This document shows, piece by piece, positions 9,758 to 20,284 of a stretch of 64,000 nucleotides of DNA (its first letter is position 1; each line of letters opens with the position of its first letter). Under the pieces are notes generated by a model. It was given only the letters and a program-made list of their open reading frames with translations. It made no database searches and was not told the DNA's origin. This DNA is from a virus (lineage: Duplodnaviria > Caudoviricetes): positions 1 through 64,000 of IMG/VR virus record IMGVR_UViG_2844225640_000006. One strand, 5' to 3'. Made by a program: the position numbers and the translations under genes.

Positions 9758-9789
9758 TGGAATTTCTCCTTATCGCGCGGGAGGTTGTG

Positions 9790-11259
9790 TTACGCCGTCT
9801 GAAGGGCAGTGCCAGCCAGACGGGCGATTTCACGAGCGGCATTCTCGGCAAGGACCGTGTAGTAGCCGGTGTTGCGCGAGAACATGAACGTGATGTGCTC
9901 GATCGGAGCAGGGGCTTCAGCGTCGTAGCTGATGTAGAGGTGACCGGAGGCCCAGGTTTCCTTGGTGTTCAGGCTGGAATCCAACCACACACGACCGCCG
10001 AGCGTTGCGCCCATAGCTGCCCAACGACGCAGTGCCGAGTTCACGGTCTCCGCAATGTCGGTCAGGTTCTGGAGGCTGAACGGCTTGTCGATAAAGGCTT
10101 CCGAAGCGATCTCGACCGAGTCGATGATCGTGTCGTGTGCACGGCGCACCGACCAGAAGTTCTTCAACGAGTCCGACGATGGCACCCGGCTGCCCCACAG
10201 CTTGAAGCCACCGCTCGGTGCACGCACGATTGCGGCAATGGCGTTCTTATTGAGGAGCTGCGATTCAGCCGCAGGGTCCGTGATCGAATGGTCGATCGGG
10301 CGGGAGATGCCGACGATGCCTTCCACAACGTGGTTCGACGGGGAAACCCAGAAGCCTTCGCTGTAGTCAACGCGGGCTTGCAGGCCAGCCACACGGGCCG
10401 AAGCAGGCTCGTTTACAGCTGCAGCATCTTTGAACACCTTGACCATCGGTTCGACGATCAGAAGGCGGTCGGTGTCGTAATCCAGGCGATCCTGAATGGC
10501 GGCCGAGGTATTGGTCGCCGTGGAGTCCTTGATAACGCCAGCGCGGAAGCGGTTCGCCAGAGTCAGCAGCTCGACCGTTACAGGGTTTGCCACCGTGCCA
10601 ACCGTAGCCGTTGCAGTTGCGGCTTCCGTTGCTCCGCCACCGGTCAGGGTGATGGTAGGTGCGGCCGTGTAACCGAAGCCCGGCTTGGTGATGACGATCT
10701 CGTCGACAACGCCCGTCGTCGAATTGATGGTTGCGACGGCCTCAGCGCCAGAGCCAGCGCCACCGGTGATCGTCACAGTCGGGGCCGAGGTATAGCCCGT
10801 GCCTCCTTCCGTAACCGAGATGGTCGCGATACCATCGGTCGGACGGGACGAGGTGAAGCCCGGTGCAATCAGCAGCTTCGGTTTCAGGCCGTGCTCACTC
10901 TGCGCAGTGCGCAGTGCGTGCATGCCCTTGTAAGTCGTCGAGTTGCCGATGATGTTCGACATGGTCTCGTTGATGTTCGCGCCGGGTTCAACGCGGACAA
11001 CAAGGATCGTCTGCGAAACACGAGACGCCTGATCGAAGATGCCGTCGATGGCATCCTTCAGCGTACCGGCAGCGCCGAGGCCCTCGACTTCGCCATTTGC
11101 GCCGTAGATCGGGACGACTGTGTCAAGCGGCCAGAGATCATCGGAGGCGTCAGGCGCCGTGCCAATCAGGCCGATGATACCGGTGTCGATGGTTTCAACC
11201 GGGCGAGGGCCGTTGTTCTGCTCGACCGTTTCGACGCCGTGAAGATAGATGTCTGCCAT
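9790..11259 (-). CDS. Tail sheath protein (P2 FI-like) with an inserted Thr/Gly-rich duplicated segment
   Basis: YLHGVETVE, IGLIGTAP, PKLLIAPGF, GFWVSPSN, GFKLWGSR. Confidence 0.92.
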   Translation of the reverse strand: MADIYLHGVETVEQNNGPRPVETIDTGIIGLIGTAPDASDDLWPLDTVVPIYGANGEVEGLGAAGTLKDAIDGIFDQASRVSQTILVVRVEPGANINETMSNIIGNSTTYKGMHALRTAQSEHGLKPKLLIAPGFTSSRPTDGIATISVTEGGTGYTSAPTVTITGGAGSGAEAVATINSTTGVVDEIVITKPGFGYTAAPTITLTGGGATEAATATATVGTVANPVTVELLTLANRFRAGVIKDSTATNTSAAIQDRLDYDTDRLLIVEPMVKVFKDAAAVNEPASARVAGLQARVDYSEGFWVSPSNHVVEGIVGISRPIDHSITDPAAESQLLNKNAIAAIVRAPSGGFKLWGSRVPSSDSLKNFWSVRRAHDTIIDSVEIASEAFIDKPFSLQNLTDIAETVNSALRRWAAMGATLGGRVWLDSSLNTKETWASGHLYISYDAEAPAPIEHITFMFSRNTGYYTVLAENAAREIARLAGTALQTA

Positions 11260-11414
11260 TGGATCAGCTCCGTGGAAATGACAAAGCCCGGCGCGATGGC
11301 CGGGCTAGATGAGACAAAGAAAAACCCGCACGAGGCGGGCAATGATGTGGTTATCGATGCAGGGGTCGCGATATCTCGAAGCGATGTATGCCTCGTCGAT
11401 CTGAATTTGTTAGA

Positions 11415-12413
11415 CTAAAGCTCCGCGTCTAATCCATACACCCTGCCAATTATAAAGGCGTCCCCTGCCGCTGCTGACGTGATTGTTATGCGACCACCAT
11501 AAGGACTGGGGTTATCAAGGACGTTATTATTTATGTTTGACGTACTGCCTGCACTAATCAAGGTAGCGGTCGGAGTTGCCTGCATCTCGGGCCAGTTCAA
11601 CGAATTATGGGCAAACTGTCCTGATGCTGTCGAAATGAAGCGGACGTTTGCTTGTACCCTTTGATAATACCGCTGACACAATGCCAACTCCTGCTGGATG
11701 TGGCGCGGCGAAAATGGGTCATCTTCGGCAGTGACGTCCCCTTCGACAAGAGACACCCGGGCAATCTCGATTGTGCCAGATTGCACCCCGACCCCTTCGG
11801 TCAAAGCGTCATAAGATGAACCACCCGAGAAGATGAAATTAAGCTGTAGGCTGTTATCGTAATTGGTGCCGAGGATCAGATCATCGATTGCCGGCACGTC
11901 GACCACATGGGTGAACTTCTGCCATGTCCTGGCCATCGTGTGTTTTTTGCCTGCGAAAGATGCCGAGGGGGACGGAGTTCCGCCCGTCCCAGGAACTCGA
12001 TAAAATGCTGAAGCCATCTTCAGCCCGGACAACGAGGCACGAGCCCAAAACGAAAGCGTAAAGCGCCGACCCGCATAAGCCCGAAGCCCCTCCACCCTCT
12101 GATATGCGGTGACAACATCGCCAGACACGGCACCGCCTGCAAAGGTCACCGAAACATAGCCAAGCCCGCCGAGAGGCTTCCCCTCGTGAGGATCGCTGCC
12201 GCCGGGTAGGAACTTCCCCTGCAAAACCGTCATGGTGCTGCCGGATATTATAAACCCCCACCGATCAACCGAGTGGTAGCCGTCCAAGGTCTGCGATGAT
12301 CCGCGCTGCCATATATCAAAGTCGCCATTGATGATCTTGTTGCGATACGCTCCAAGGTCCGCCGTTATCCCACGCCCTCGGCCCGCCTGCGAAAGATCGA
12401 AAGCTTTACTCAT
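11415..12413 (-). CDS. Short tail-fibre/receptor-binding protein, paralogue of the C-terminal part of 12971-15136
   Basis: RNKIINGDFDIWQRG, FTLSFWA, ELALCQRYY carbohydrate-binding-like tail module. Confidence 0.75.
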   Translation of the reverse strand: MSKAFDLSQAGRGRGITADLGAYRNKIINGDFDIWQRGSSQTLDGYHSVDRWGFIISGSTMTVLQGKFLPGGSDPHEGKPLGGLGYVSVTFAGGAVSGDVVTAYQRVEGLRAYAGRRFTLSFWARASLSGLKMASAFYRVPGTGGTPSPSASFAGKKHTMARTWQKFTHVVDVPAIDDLILGTNYDNSLQLNFIFSGGSSYDALTEGVGVQSGTIEIARVSLVEGDVTAEDDPFSPRHIQQELALCQRYYQRVQANVRFISTASGQFAHNSLNWPEMQATPTATLISAGSTSNINNNVLDNPSPYGGRITITSAAAGDAFIIGRVYGLDAEL

Positions 12414-13909
12414 TTGAAAGTCTCTCCTCTCGCGCAGGCTATGCGGTGACCGCAGGCCAATACTGGTTGTCGGTATAATCGACAGGGATTTCAGGCATGT
12501 CTTTCAAGACGCGAGCCGCAAAGATATGGGCCTGCTTATGGGCCAAGGCAGCCTGACCGAATGCGATCATCATTTGGGCGTCCATTGGTGCAGTCGAGTT
12601 GTCTGCTGCAATCCAAAGGAAATCGCTGTCGCCTCCGTCCCATCGGTAGTCGCCAGCCTGCGCCCCATTGATGACGGCCGTGAGCGCAGCGGAGTAAGCG
12701 CCGAGGATGTTTTCGCGGTCCTCCGGTCGCGTCTGGTACATGGCGCCGCCAAAAGAAAAACCGCCGTCAATGCGACGATCTCTTTCCCGGTCAACGTCCG
12801 CCGAAGATGGCGGCGGCGCTTCATACGGCTCAATCGAATTCCCGTCCGCTTCCCATTCCGCAAGCATGACGCGGTGTCGGTTTCCCATGTCGTCAGGGAC
12901 GGACATTTCCACGCCGTCGATGACTGTGACGATGGAGCCATGTTCGGTGTATTTTGCATGTGTGATCATGTTAAAGCTCCGCATCAAACGTAATTCTAGC
13001 GTTACCGTACTCGTTAGCTGTCAAAAGCGCCCCGCTAGTATCTCCCATGTCCGAGCCAATTGCTGCGCGTAGTGTCGGGCGGGTTGTGCTACCTACGACA
13101 TTATAAATTGCTGTAAGTGTCGTATTCCCGTTGCTTTTACCTGTGATGAGGCAGAAACCCGACAACGGATTTATGTTGAAGGAAGGCTGAACGCGCATTG
13201 GTTGTGGAAGATTTACCACAATGTCTACTTCTCTGAGTGATCGCCACGCTCCGACCCCTATAGCCGAATAAACGCCTTCACCCAAAGAAACAAAGTACCG
13301 CTGACACAACGCTAATTCTTGCTGGATGTGGCGCGGCGAAAATGGGTCATCTTCGGCAGTGACGTCCCCTTCGACAAGAGACACCCGGCCCAATGCGTAG
13401 TTGCCCGCATCACGAGGCATCACGGTAATGAACAATTCGAGGTAATCAGCATTTAGTGTGTCTGTCTTCGTGATGTTCGGAATATCTAGAAGAACTTGCT
13501 TCCGAACAATGCCGCCACCAGATGTGAACGTGGGGATGGTTACTTCATCGATGATACCATCATCCACTGATGATGATAGTCTTCGGGATACCCCGATCCT
13601 AACGTTTGCATTAAATGGTGCGATGAGATCCGCAGTGCAGGTTGCTATTCTCCCCGCAAGCGTTTTGGCACCTTCAATGCGCTGAATGAACGCAACCTCT
13701 CCTGACGTTGGCGCGACGCCGAAGTTGACTATCAGCATGGAGTTGCCCGGCTCATTATTTGGCAGAACGAACCGACTGACTGTGCACGGCTGGTTTGTAG
13801 TGTTGTAGACGATCCATCTGTCGGACGTGTAGGCTGATGACCCGGCTGGTACCGTGAAGCTTCCCCCGCGCTGCCATATATCAAAACTGCCATTGATGAT
13901 CTTGTTGCG
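11668..13909. repeat. Two pairs of direct repeats shared by the two tail-fibre genes
   Basis: 69 bp identical at 11692-11760 and 13320-13388; 41/44 identical at 12301-12344 and 13866-13909. Confidence 0.9.
12439..12969 (-). CDS. DUF4376-like tail-fibre-associated protein
   Basis: ERDRRI.GGF.F.G..YQ, WIAADNS..PMDA. Confidence 0.7.
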   Translation of the reverse strand: MITHAKYTEHGSIVTVIDGVEMSVPDDMGNRHRVMLAEWEADGNSIEPYEAPPPSSADVDRERDRRIDGGFSFGGAMYQTRPEDRENILGAYSAALTAVINGAQAGDYRWDGGDSDFLWIAADNSTAPMDAQMMIAFGQAALAHKQAHIFAARVLKDMPEIPVDYTDNQYWPAVTA

Positions 13910-15136
13910 GAAGCCTGCGAGAATACCGGCGTCGATGTTGGCGCGGGCTTGACCCCGCTCGGCTGGAGTGTGCGCTTGCGCAACATCAACACACACAGCT
14001 TTTTCAGTCAGCGCCTCATCGATCTTGTCGTTGACCTGTTCCTTCGTGTCGTAATCGGTCGAGTCAATCGCCTGATATGCCCACACGTAATAAAGGTCAG
14101 TGTCGGCATAGTCGCCATTGAGAACGACGTCGGGGCTGGTCGCTGTGTAATCGGTGCCTGCAACCTGCAGCACACCGTTAACAAACAGCATGAGCGAACT
14201 GAACCCACCGCCAACCGTAAAGGTTGCGTCGATGAGATCCCCGACAACGCCGGACTCAAAGCGCAAGCCGCCGATAGAAGCCGTAACCGTCGGCACGAAA
14301 GCCACACCGTCAAAGACGCGGACAACCGAACCGTCCCACCATAGCTGACCTTCAACCGGGGCAGCCGGGGGGACAAGAGGTTCGGCAATCATCATGCGGG
14401 CCTCGGCCAGCACACCCTGCGTTGCAGTGAGCGCGGACTCCGAACCTGCTTTTGCCGTGACAGACTGATCGCGAGCTTCTTCCGATTTAACTCGGGACGC
14501 CTGTGATGCCGCGGCGCTACTTGCCGAAGCACTCGCCGACCCTTCAGCCGCCGTCTTGGCGAGAAGGGTCTGCTCCAGATATGCCTTCTGGATCAATGTC
14601 GCGGCTGGCAGCGAAGTGATCACCCAATCCGTGTACGGACCACCGGCACCAGTCACTTGTTCGAGCGTGATCGACAGAGCGCCAGTCGAACGGTTGAACG
14701 AGTTGACCTTGGCGAGCGCCCAATTGGCCGTCGTCGATGCACGGGAAAGAGCCAGGTATGGCGTCGGTGCGAAGAACTCACGATCTTCCACCACAAGGGT
14801 CAGGTTGATCGTAGCTCCATTCGACAGGCTCGCCGAGGACGTGGACATCGCGATGACAGTCCCGCCGGTTACCTTCTGCTCGAACCGTTCGAGCTTGGCA
14901 GTGATTTCCGCCGTGCTCTCGCTGAGAATTTCATCGGCCTGCGCCACGATAGGCGCAAGCTCCTGCTCGATCACGGTGAGGCCGCGAGCGATAATTGCGT
15001 CGGTGACTTCCCGCTGAATGCCGAGATTTTCTTCGAGGGGCGCCAGTCTAGCCCCGATCGCCTCGATGAGGCCGTCCCAAAGTTGCGTGCTCCACGCTTT
15101 ATTCTGGGTTGAGAGGAAGCTAGACAGGTCAGACAT
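12971..15136 (-). CDS. Tail fibre protein
   Basis: 721 aa; Ala/Ser-rich stalk, QARANI.A, then RNKIING.FDIWQRG..ELALCQRY module. Confidence 0.8.
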   Translation of the reverse strand: MSDLSSFLSTQNKAWSTQLWDGLIEAIGARLAPLEENLGIQREVTDAIIARGLTVIEQELAPIVAQADEILSESTAEITAKLERFEQKVTGGTVIAMSTSSASLSNGATINLTLVVEDREFFAPTPYLALSRASTTANWALAKVNSFNRSTGALSITLEQVTGAGGPYTDWVITSLPAATLIQKAYLEQTLLAKTAAEGSASASASSAAASQASRVKSEEARDQSVTAKAGSESALTATQGVLAEARMMIAEPLVPPAAPVEGQLWWDGSVVRVFDGVAFVPTVTASIGGLRFESGVVGDLIDATFTVGGGFSSLMLFVNGVLQVAGTDYTATSPDVVLNGDYADTDLYYVWAYQAIDSTDYDTKEQVNDKIDEALTEKAVCVDVAQAHTPAERGQARANIDAGILAGFRNKIINGSFDIWQRGGSFTVPAGSSAYTSDRWIVYNTTNQPCTVSRFVLPNNEPGNSMLIVNFGVAPTSGEVAFIQRIEGAKTLAGRIATCTADLIAPFNANVRIGVSRRLSSSVDDGIIDEVTIPTFTSGGGIVRKQVLLDIPNITKTDTLNADYLELFITVMPRDAGNYALGRVSLVEGDVTAEDDPFSPRHIQQELALCQRYFVSLGEGVYSAIGVGAWRSLREVDIVVNLPQPMRVQPSFNINPLSGFCLITGKSNGNTTLTAIYNVVGSTTRPTLRAAIGSDMGDTSGALLTANEYGNARITFDAEL

Positions 15137-15137
15137 A

Positions 15138-15311
15138 TTAAACCGCCTCGTAATTCTTTACTGCGTCTTTGTCCTGCTCGAGCAGGACGGCAAGTGCGTC
15201 ACCGCGGATGCGCGTACTGTTCGACGGGTTGATGATCAAACGGCCAATCTTCACGCTTTTCGCAAGGCTGACCTTGTAGAGCGTAGACGGATCGATCTGC
15301 GCTTTTGCCAT
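15138..15311 (-). CDS. Small tail-region protein (57 aa, below ORF-track cutoff)
   Basis: AGGAG SD, MAKAQIDPSTLYKV..NYEAV; fills the gap exactly. Confidence 0.6.
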   Translation of the reverse strand: MAKAQIDPSTLYKVSLAKSVKIGRLIINPSNSTRIRGDALAVLLEQDKDAVKNYEAV

Positions 15312-15378
15312 GTGGCTTTCTCCTAATTGAAAAGCCCGGCGCTAAGGCCGGGCTTGGTGAGGTTCGGTCAGTTAACGA

Positions 15379-17664
15379 TTACGGATACGACACACTCGTC
15401 GCCGCAGAGACGAGGAAGATCGCCAGCGGTGACGTGGTGCTGTAAGTCGTCTTGCGCTTCCACGACGTTACTGCCGTACCGAGCGTCCAGGTGAAGACTC
15501 GACGGATCGAGCCATCGGCCTGCACTTCGTCGGTGACAGCCGTGGCGGCGGTTTCAGTACCGTAGCCGGACCCGGTCAGGATCGAACAGGACAGGTCATG
15601 GTTGACCTCGTCGTAATGCTCGAGCACGAGGATCTCGATGATCTCCGTCACCGGCCCCGGCGCCACCCGTTCCTTCGTGATGTGCACGCCATTCGTCCGA
15701 GGACGAGATACCGTGACATTCGACTGTCCGAGGTTGATGCCCGGCATAAGCTCGGTGGTGCCAAGGAGGACCATGCGAGCGTTGATGTTGGCAGGAAGAT
15801 TGAACAGAGGCGAGGCACCGCTCGCAACCGCTTCAATAGTATGCCAGACCGAACCAACCTGAACTTCGTACGAGATCTCGCAGCCATCCGGCACGACCTG
15901 CTTGGTGAGAAGGTCGATACCGCAGATGCCACCCGAGAGATTCCACGCCGTCAGGTTGACAGTCACACGAGGAGCGCTGAACTGTGCGACGAGGATCTCG
16001 AAGCAAGCGTCCAGAGAAATGCTACCCTGCGACCAGAGGCCGTCCGTCGATACGAAGAACGATCCCTGCGCGTACTTGTTGTTTTCCGCCACCGCCAGCC
16101 AGTGGTTGCCGGAGGTGATGACGAACCAGCCGTAACGCTTGCCGCCTTCAAGGAAGACCGGTTCGATTGCGAACTTGGTTGCAATCGGGTGTATCTTCAG
16201 GTCAGCCGCAGCGACTGTTGTAACAGCGAGACAGCTTGCGTAGTTCGGTGCGCCGTTCTCAAACAGCTCGCAGAGAGCCATGCGCACGTCACCGCCGCCA
16301 GCGTCAACGCGGCTGAAGTAAAGGTTCACACCCGTCACCCAACCGGAGCGAGGCATCATGAAGGTGTTGCCTGCCACCTGTCCGGTGTAGGACGCCTGCA
16401 CGATTGTTGCCGCCCAATACGGCTCTTCGTAGGTGTCGTAGAAGATCTGGCGAGCGCGCATGATGTAATGCGCAGGGCCACCGGCATCCTGAGTGAACTC
16501 GACGTTATAGGCCGTGCCGTCATTCTGATAGAAGATGCCCTTCGTCTGGTCGTACCGCCCGGTGCCCCACCAAGCTGCGTTGGTGCAGACGAGAAACGGG
16601 TCGCCATAGCGGATGCGAGTCTTCGAGATCGTCTTCAGCGTGTACTCGATGGTCTGAGAACCACCGTTTGCAAGGGCGTGTTCCGTCGACTTCGACGTGA
16701 TCGTGATCAGGTTATTCTCGGTATAGCGTGGCAGAACCATGCCGCCCGTCGATACCTGAATGCTGGTGTCGGACGGTGTGAGAAGGCCGAGGGTGATCTG
16801 CGCCGAGTTATCGTCAGCAAAGCGGATACCTTCTTCCACCTTCGTCACTGACTGCAGGTGTTCGAGATCGCTATCCGTTTCGTCGAGGAAGTAATCCGAC
16901 TTCGAGTAGGACTTACCTTCCGGCATCCCGGTCATTTCCACCACGCGAGCGAGCTGCTCGAGGAGGTAGATCTGCATCTGGCGTGACAGCTTATCAGAGT
17001 TGGATGCGACCAGCTTGGACACGTCGGTCTTGAGACCTTCGACGACCGGCTGCGTTTCATCCATCCAGCCTTCTAGCACCTGCACGCGGGAGTCCAGCGA
17101 CCGCATCGTGGTGATGCGATTGTCCGTGCTCTGCTCGACCAGTACGATTTCCGTCGAGGAGAGTGTCACCCAGGCGATGACCGTATTGGCACTATCGACC
17201 ACCGGCTTCGACGGGGAGGGTGCCTGATCGCCGAGCTGGATTGCCACGTTGACCTTGCGCCATTCAACGGTCGCTGTCGGCTGCGGGTCCACTTGAGGCG
17301 GGTAGACCGAACCATTGACCACGAAATCGCGAGGCTCGGTCCCGTCATTCGCCGTCTGTGCCTGAAGCAGGATCGCAACAATGCGGCGGTTGCCGGAGGT
17401 CGGCATGTGCGCCAGGAGATTGAGAACCGTCGCGTTGTCGCCGCCCGTGAAGAGCTTCCCGTCCTTGAAAAGGATGACAGGTGTTTCAACCGTGACCTGC
17501 GTCGTTGCCGTCTTGGCGACCGTTGCGCCTGAGTAGCAAGCATCGAGTGCGCCGCTGACTGCTGCCGAGATCAAGGTATCCATGGCATCGCGAGGGAACT
17601 CAGCGAGGTTCTCAAAATCGCTGAGGGTCGCGTTCTGGTTGGCGGTAAAGCGGGCAATCTTCAT
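15379..17664 (-). CDS. Large baseplate/tail-associated structural protein
   Basis: 761 aa, beta-rich, translationally coupled after tail protein I. Confidence 0.6.
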   Translation of the reverse strand: MKIARFTANQNATLSDFENLAEFPRDAMDTLISAAVSGALDACYSGATVAKTATTQVTVETPVILFKDGKLFTGGDNATVLNLLAHMPTSGNRRIVAILLQAQTANDGTEPRDFVVNGSVYPPQVDPQPTATVEWRKVNVAIQLGDQAPSPSKPVVDSANTVIAWVTLSSTEIVLVEQSTDNRITTMRSLDSRVQVLEGWMDETQPVVEGLKTDVSKLVASNSDKLSRQMQIYLLEQLARVVEMTGMPEGKSYSKSDYFLDETDSDLEHLQSVTKVEEGIRFADDNSAQITLGLLTPSDTSIQVSTGGMVLPRYTENNLITITSKSTEHALANGGSQTIEYTLKTISKTRIRYGDPFLVCTNAAWWGTGRYDQTKGIFYQNDGTAYNVEFTQDAGGPAHYIMRARQIFYDTYEEPYWAATIVQASYTGQVAGNTFMMPRSGWVTGVNLYFSRVDAGGGDVRMALCELFENGAPNYASCLAVTTVAAADLKIHPIATKFAIEPVFLEGGKRYGWFVITSGNHWLAVAENNKYAQGSFFVSTDGLWSQGSISLDACFEILVAQFSAPRVTVNLTAWNLSGGICGIDLLTKQVVPDGCEISYEVQVGSVWHTIEAVASGASPLFNLPANINARMVLLGTTELMPGINLGQSNVTVSRPRTNGVHITKERVAPGPVTEIIEILVLEHYDEVNHDLSCSILTGSGYGTETAATAVTDEVQADGSIRRVFTWTLGTAVTSWKRKTTYSTTSPLAIFLVSAATSVSYP

Positions 17665-18944
17665 AGTGAAGTCCTCTCAATGGGAACCATGCCGTCCCAT
17701 TTCTGGTCGGCTGTGAAACTTAGATCGGCTATGCGCATGGGGCGGTAGGTCGCCGTGGTGAACCAGATCTGGTCACGCAGAGAACGCGACTTGTAGATCG
17801 CTTCCCCGACGTCCTTGACGCGCTCGGTCGCTAGACCGATATGGCAATTGCCGACGAAAGCGTGACCGACGTAGCTCCACATTCCCTCTCTGCGGTAGGT
17901 AGCCTTGACCCTGAGCAGAGCGGTGTATGAAGTGAGGCCGATGTAGCTGTAGTTGATGAACGGCGAGAACAGGCCAGCCGCCTGTCCGATCCGCGCCTTG
18001 GTATCATCCAGCAACCGCCAGCGGTCGTAGATGTGGAGCGCAGACGCATCCGAATAGACATGCGTGTAGTTGACGCCGGTCTTGCTTCCCGTCGCCAGAA
18101 AGGCTTCGAGGTAGCGCGCGCTATGCCGTTCGTAGACTCGCTCTGGCGCGATACTCAGCGGAGTCACGCTCTCGACGCCGTGCGGGATCTGCCCAGAGCC
18201 GAAGGTTCCGTCCTGACCGATGGTGATCAGCCGGCCACGGTTCTTGTCGGCGACGTAGGAAAGCCCCACGTAGCAATTGTCCACGACGGTATCGATCGGG
18301 TTGTAGTCTGCTGGTATGGCAAACGTTGTGACGTCGACCGCCGCATCGCTGCCCCATGTGCCGATCTGGTCGAATGACCGGATCTCGGTCTCCACCTCAT
18401 CCTCGACGATAGTGGCCCGACGCCCGTAGTACCGTGCAGCCTCGTTCTCCATAACGAAGAATCCGCCAACGTAACCCGGCACTGTGCGCAGTCCATCTCC
18501 GACAGCGAAGGCCGGGCGCTCACCCGGTATGCTGTAAGGATAGAGCCGAAGCTCGGCGAACTGTTCTCGCCATTTGTCGAGCGCCTCAGCCGAATAGTCC
18601 GTCAGGTACATGCCGACAGGCGGGATGACCGCGTCGTAAATGCTAGCGTCCATATAGGACAGATATTTATTGATCCCCGGCAGCGTGCCCTTCAGGCCCT
18701 TCATGCCGTAGATCTCAGCCGTTATCCGGCGTTTCTTCCACTCCGGCCAGTTGTCTCTCCAGAGATCAACGCCGCGTCCCCATGCAAGGAATGGAAGGTG
18801 CGAGACCGAAGTGAGATACGGGTCGCGCATTCTCTTGACGAGATCGACATCCACCCGATTGACGGAGAAGGCAGCGAGTCCTTCAAGCGCCTTCTCAAAA
18901 TCAGTCGCGTTCAGTGGGAGCAAAGACTCTCCGCTATCCATCAC
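17661..18944 (-). CDS. Tail protein I (P2 GpI domain) with extension
   Basis: SLLP.NAT.FEKAL, LPFLAW..GVD.W...WPE..KR, KGT. Confidence 0.85.
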   Translation of the reverse strand: MMDSGESLLPLNATDFEKALEGLAAFSVNRVDVDLVKRMRDPYLTSVSHLPFLAWGRGVDLWRDNWPEWKKRRITAEIYGMKGLKGTLPGINKYLSYMDASIYDAVIPPVGMYLTDYSAEALDKWREQFAELRLYPYSIPGERPAFAVGDGLRTVPGYVGGFFVMENEAARYYGRRATIVEDEVETEIRSFDQIGTWGSDAAVDVTTFAIPADYNPIDTVVDNCYVGLSYVADKNRGRLITIGQDGTFGSGQIPHGVESVTPLSIAPERVYERHSARYLEAFLATGSKTGVNYTHVYSDASALHIYDRWRLLDDTKARIGQAAGLFSPFINYSYIGLTSYTALLRVKATYRREGMWSYVGHAFVGNCHIGLATERVKDVGEAIYKSRSLRDQIWFTTATYRPMRIADLSFTADQKWDGMVPIERTSL

Positions 18945-19834
18945 GCCACCTCGACGATTACCTCTGGTACATAGACCGTTCCGTACTTGCCCGGATCGAC
19001 ATCAGTTGCTGGCTCGATGACCACCACGCTCTCCAGCGCATTGCCGTTATGAGCGGCGGCAATAATCCCGTCTGCGCGCAGCACCGTGCCGATTGCAGAC
19101 CGCGAGCTGGCATAATCCTGAATCGAAGCCTTTGCCTTGGCGACGGTCGTGGATACGTCTGGCCCCGTCTGCGCCGTGACCTTCACCCGGATAACCTGGC
19201 TCACAATCGTGGCCGAGCGCACATAGACATTGTCGGTCAGCGGTCGCCGGGCCTTCGGAGACAGCGCGTCGTAGACCTTCGTGACCACGTCCTGGCTGAC
19301 AGTGCCGTCGCCTTCACGCCCGAGGAGGATGACGTCGCACCGATTGTTTTCGCCCTTTATAGCCTCGACCTGCTTGATGCTGCCGTCAGCTGACCATGCG
19401 AAAAATCGGTATGCATCTTCCGGCCCGGCTGCAGCGTATCCGTCCGGCGCGAGGTTGCGGCGCTGCCGGAACTCCTCATCACTTTCGTAGACGGGGTTAC
19501 CTTCATCGTCGTAACGAATGATCCGGCGCGTCATGCCGAAGTCAGCTGCGAAGTTATCGAGATCCGTCCCGGTCGCCGTCGCCAGCATCACAGCGCGAGC
19601 CACCTGATTAGCACGTGCGCGCCAGAGGAGTTCTCGGTATGCGAATGCTTCGATGACGATCTTGACCGGGTCCGTCTCGAGCATCTCGACGTTGTACGCC
19701 GGGAGCTCTGGTTTGGTTTCCCGCACCTTGGCCCACCGCTCTTTGAAGTCGGCGACCATCTCATTCAGGATGGTTTCGTAATCGAGAGTTTCGATAACGT
19801 CCGGCAGCGGGACAAGTGTCAGGTCGATAGCCAC
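18941..19834 (-). CDS. Baseplate protein J
   Basis: P.VIETLDYE, AYRE, ATG.DLD, AGP..AY, RPLTD.V.V. Confidence 0.92.
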   Translation of the reverse strand: MAIDLTLVPLPDVIETLDYETILNEMVADFKERWAKVRETKPELPAYNVEMLETDPVKIVIEAFAYRELLWRARANQVARAVMLATATGTDLDNFAADFGMTRRIIRYDDEGNPVYESDEEFRQRRNLAPDGYAAAGPEDAYRFFAWSADGSIKQVEAIKGENNRCDVILLGREGDGTVSQDVVTKVYDALSPKARRPLTDNVYVRSATIVSQVIRVKVTAQTGPDVSTTVAKAKASIQDYASSRSAIGTVLRADGIIAAAHNGNALESVVVIEPATDVDPGKYGTVYVPEVIVEVA

Positions 19835-19861
19835 GTTCTAATCCTCTCGAAGGGGAAGGCG

Positions 19862-20284
19862 TCAGACCGTACCGACCAGAAGCTTCCCTTCGGATTCCGT
19901 AAGGGAGAGATAGGCCGCACGTTCGACAGGGTTGGAATAGTCACCGAGATGGCCGTTCTCGAAGAACACGCCGCTCACCTGGAGCCTAACAATGCCGGGG
20001 GTTTCAACATCGAGATTGGCGCGCAGAAGAACGAAGCCAGGTTCCCCGAGCTGCCTGCCTTCCTCGACACGGGCTTCAAGCGCCTGTGCCGTTGCGACAT
20101 ACAGATCGACGATAGTGTCGACGTTCTGCGGCCTGTCAATGATGCTCGGGAGATCCGAGCCAAACCCGCGCAGCTGAACTCGTTCGCCGAGTTCCGTTGT
20201 CAGAATGGTGACTATGCTCTGCAGGCAGTGGTCCCATCCGAAGAGGCATCGACCGGTTTTAGCGTCAATGCCGACCCGAGCCAT
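19862..20284 (-). CDS. Baseplate wedge protein W (GPW/gp25)
   Basis: GID..TG, H..QSI..ILTT..GERV..R.FGS. Confidence 0.88.
   Translation of the reverse strand: MARVGIDAKTGRCLFGWDHCLQSIVTILTTELGERVQLRGFGSDLPSIIDRPQNVDTIVDLYVATAQALEARVEEGRQLGEPGFVLLRANLDVETPGIVRLQVSGVFFENGHLGDYSNPVERAAYLSLTESEGKLLVGTV

Noticed and set aside
11668-13909. Diversity-generating retroelement TR/VR pair in the tail fibres
   Set aside because: No reverse transcriptase in the window; differences are mostly synonymous and not adenine-specific; both copies are in conserved coding blocks
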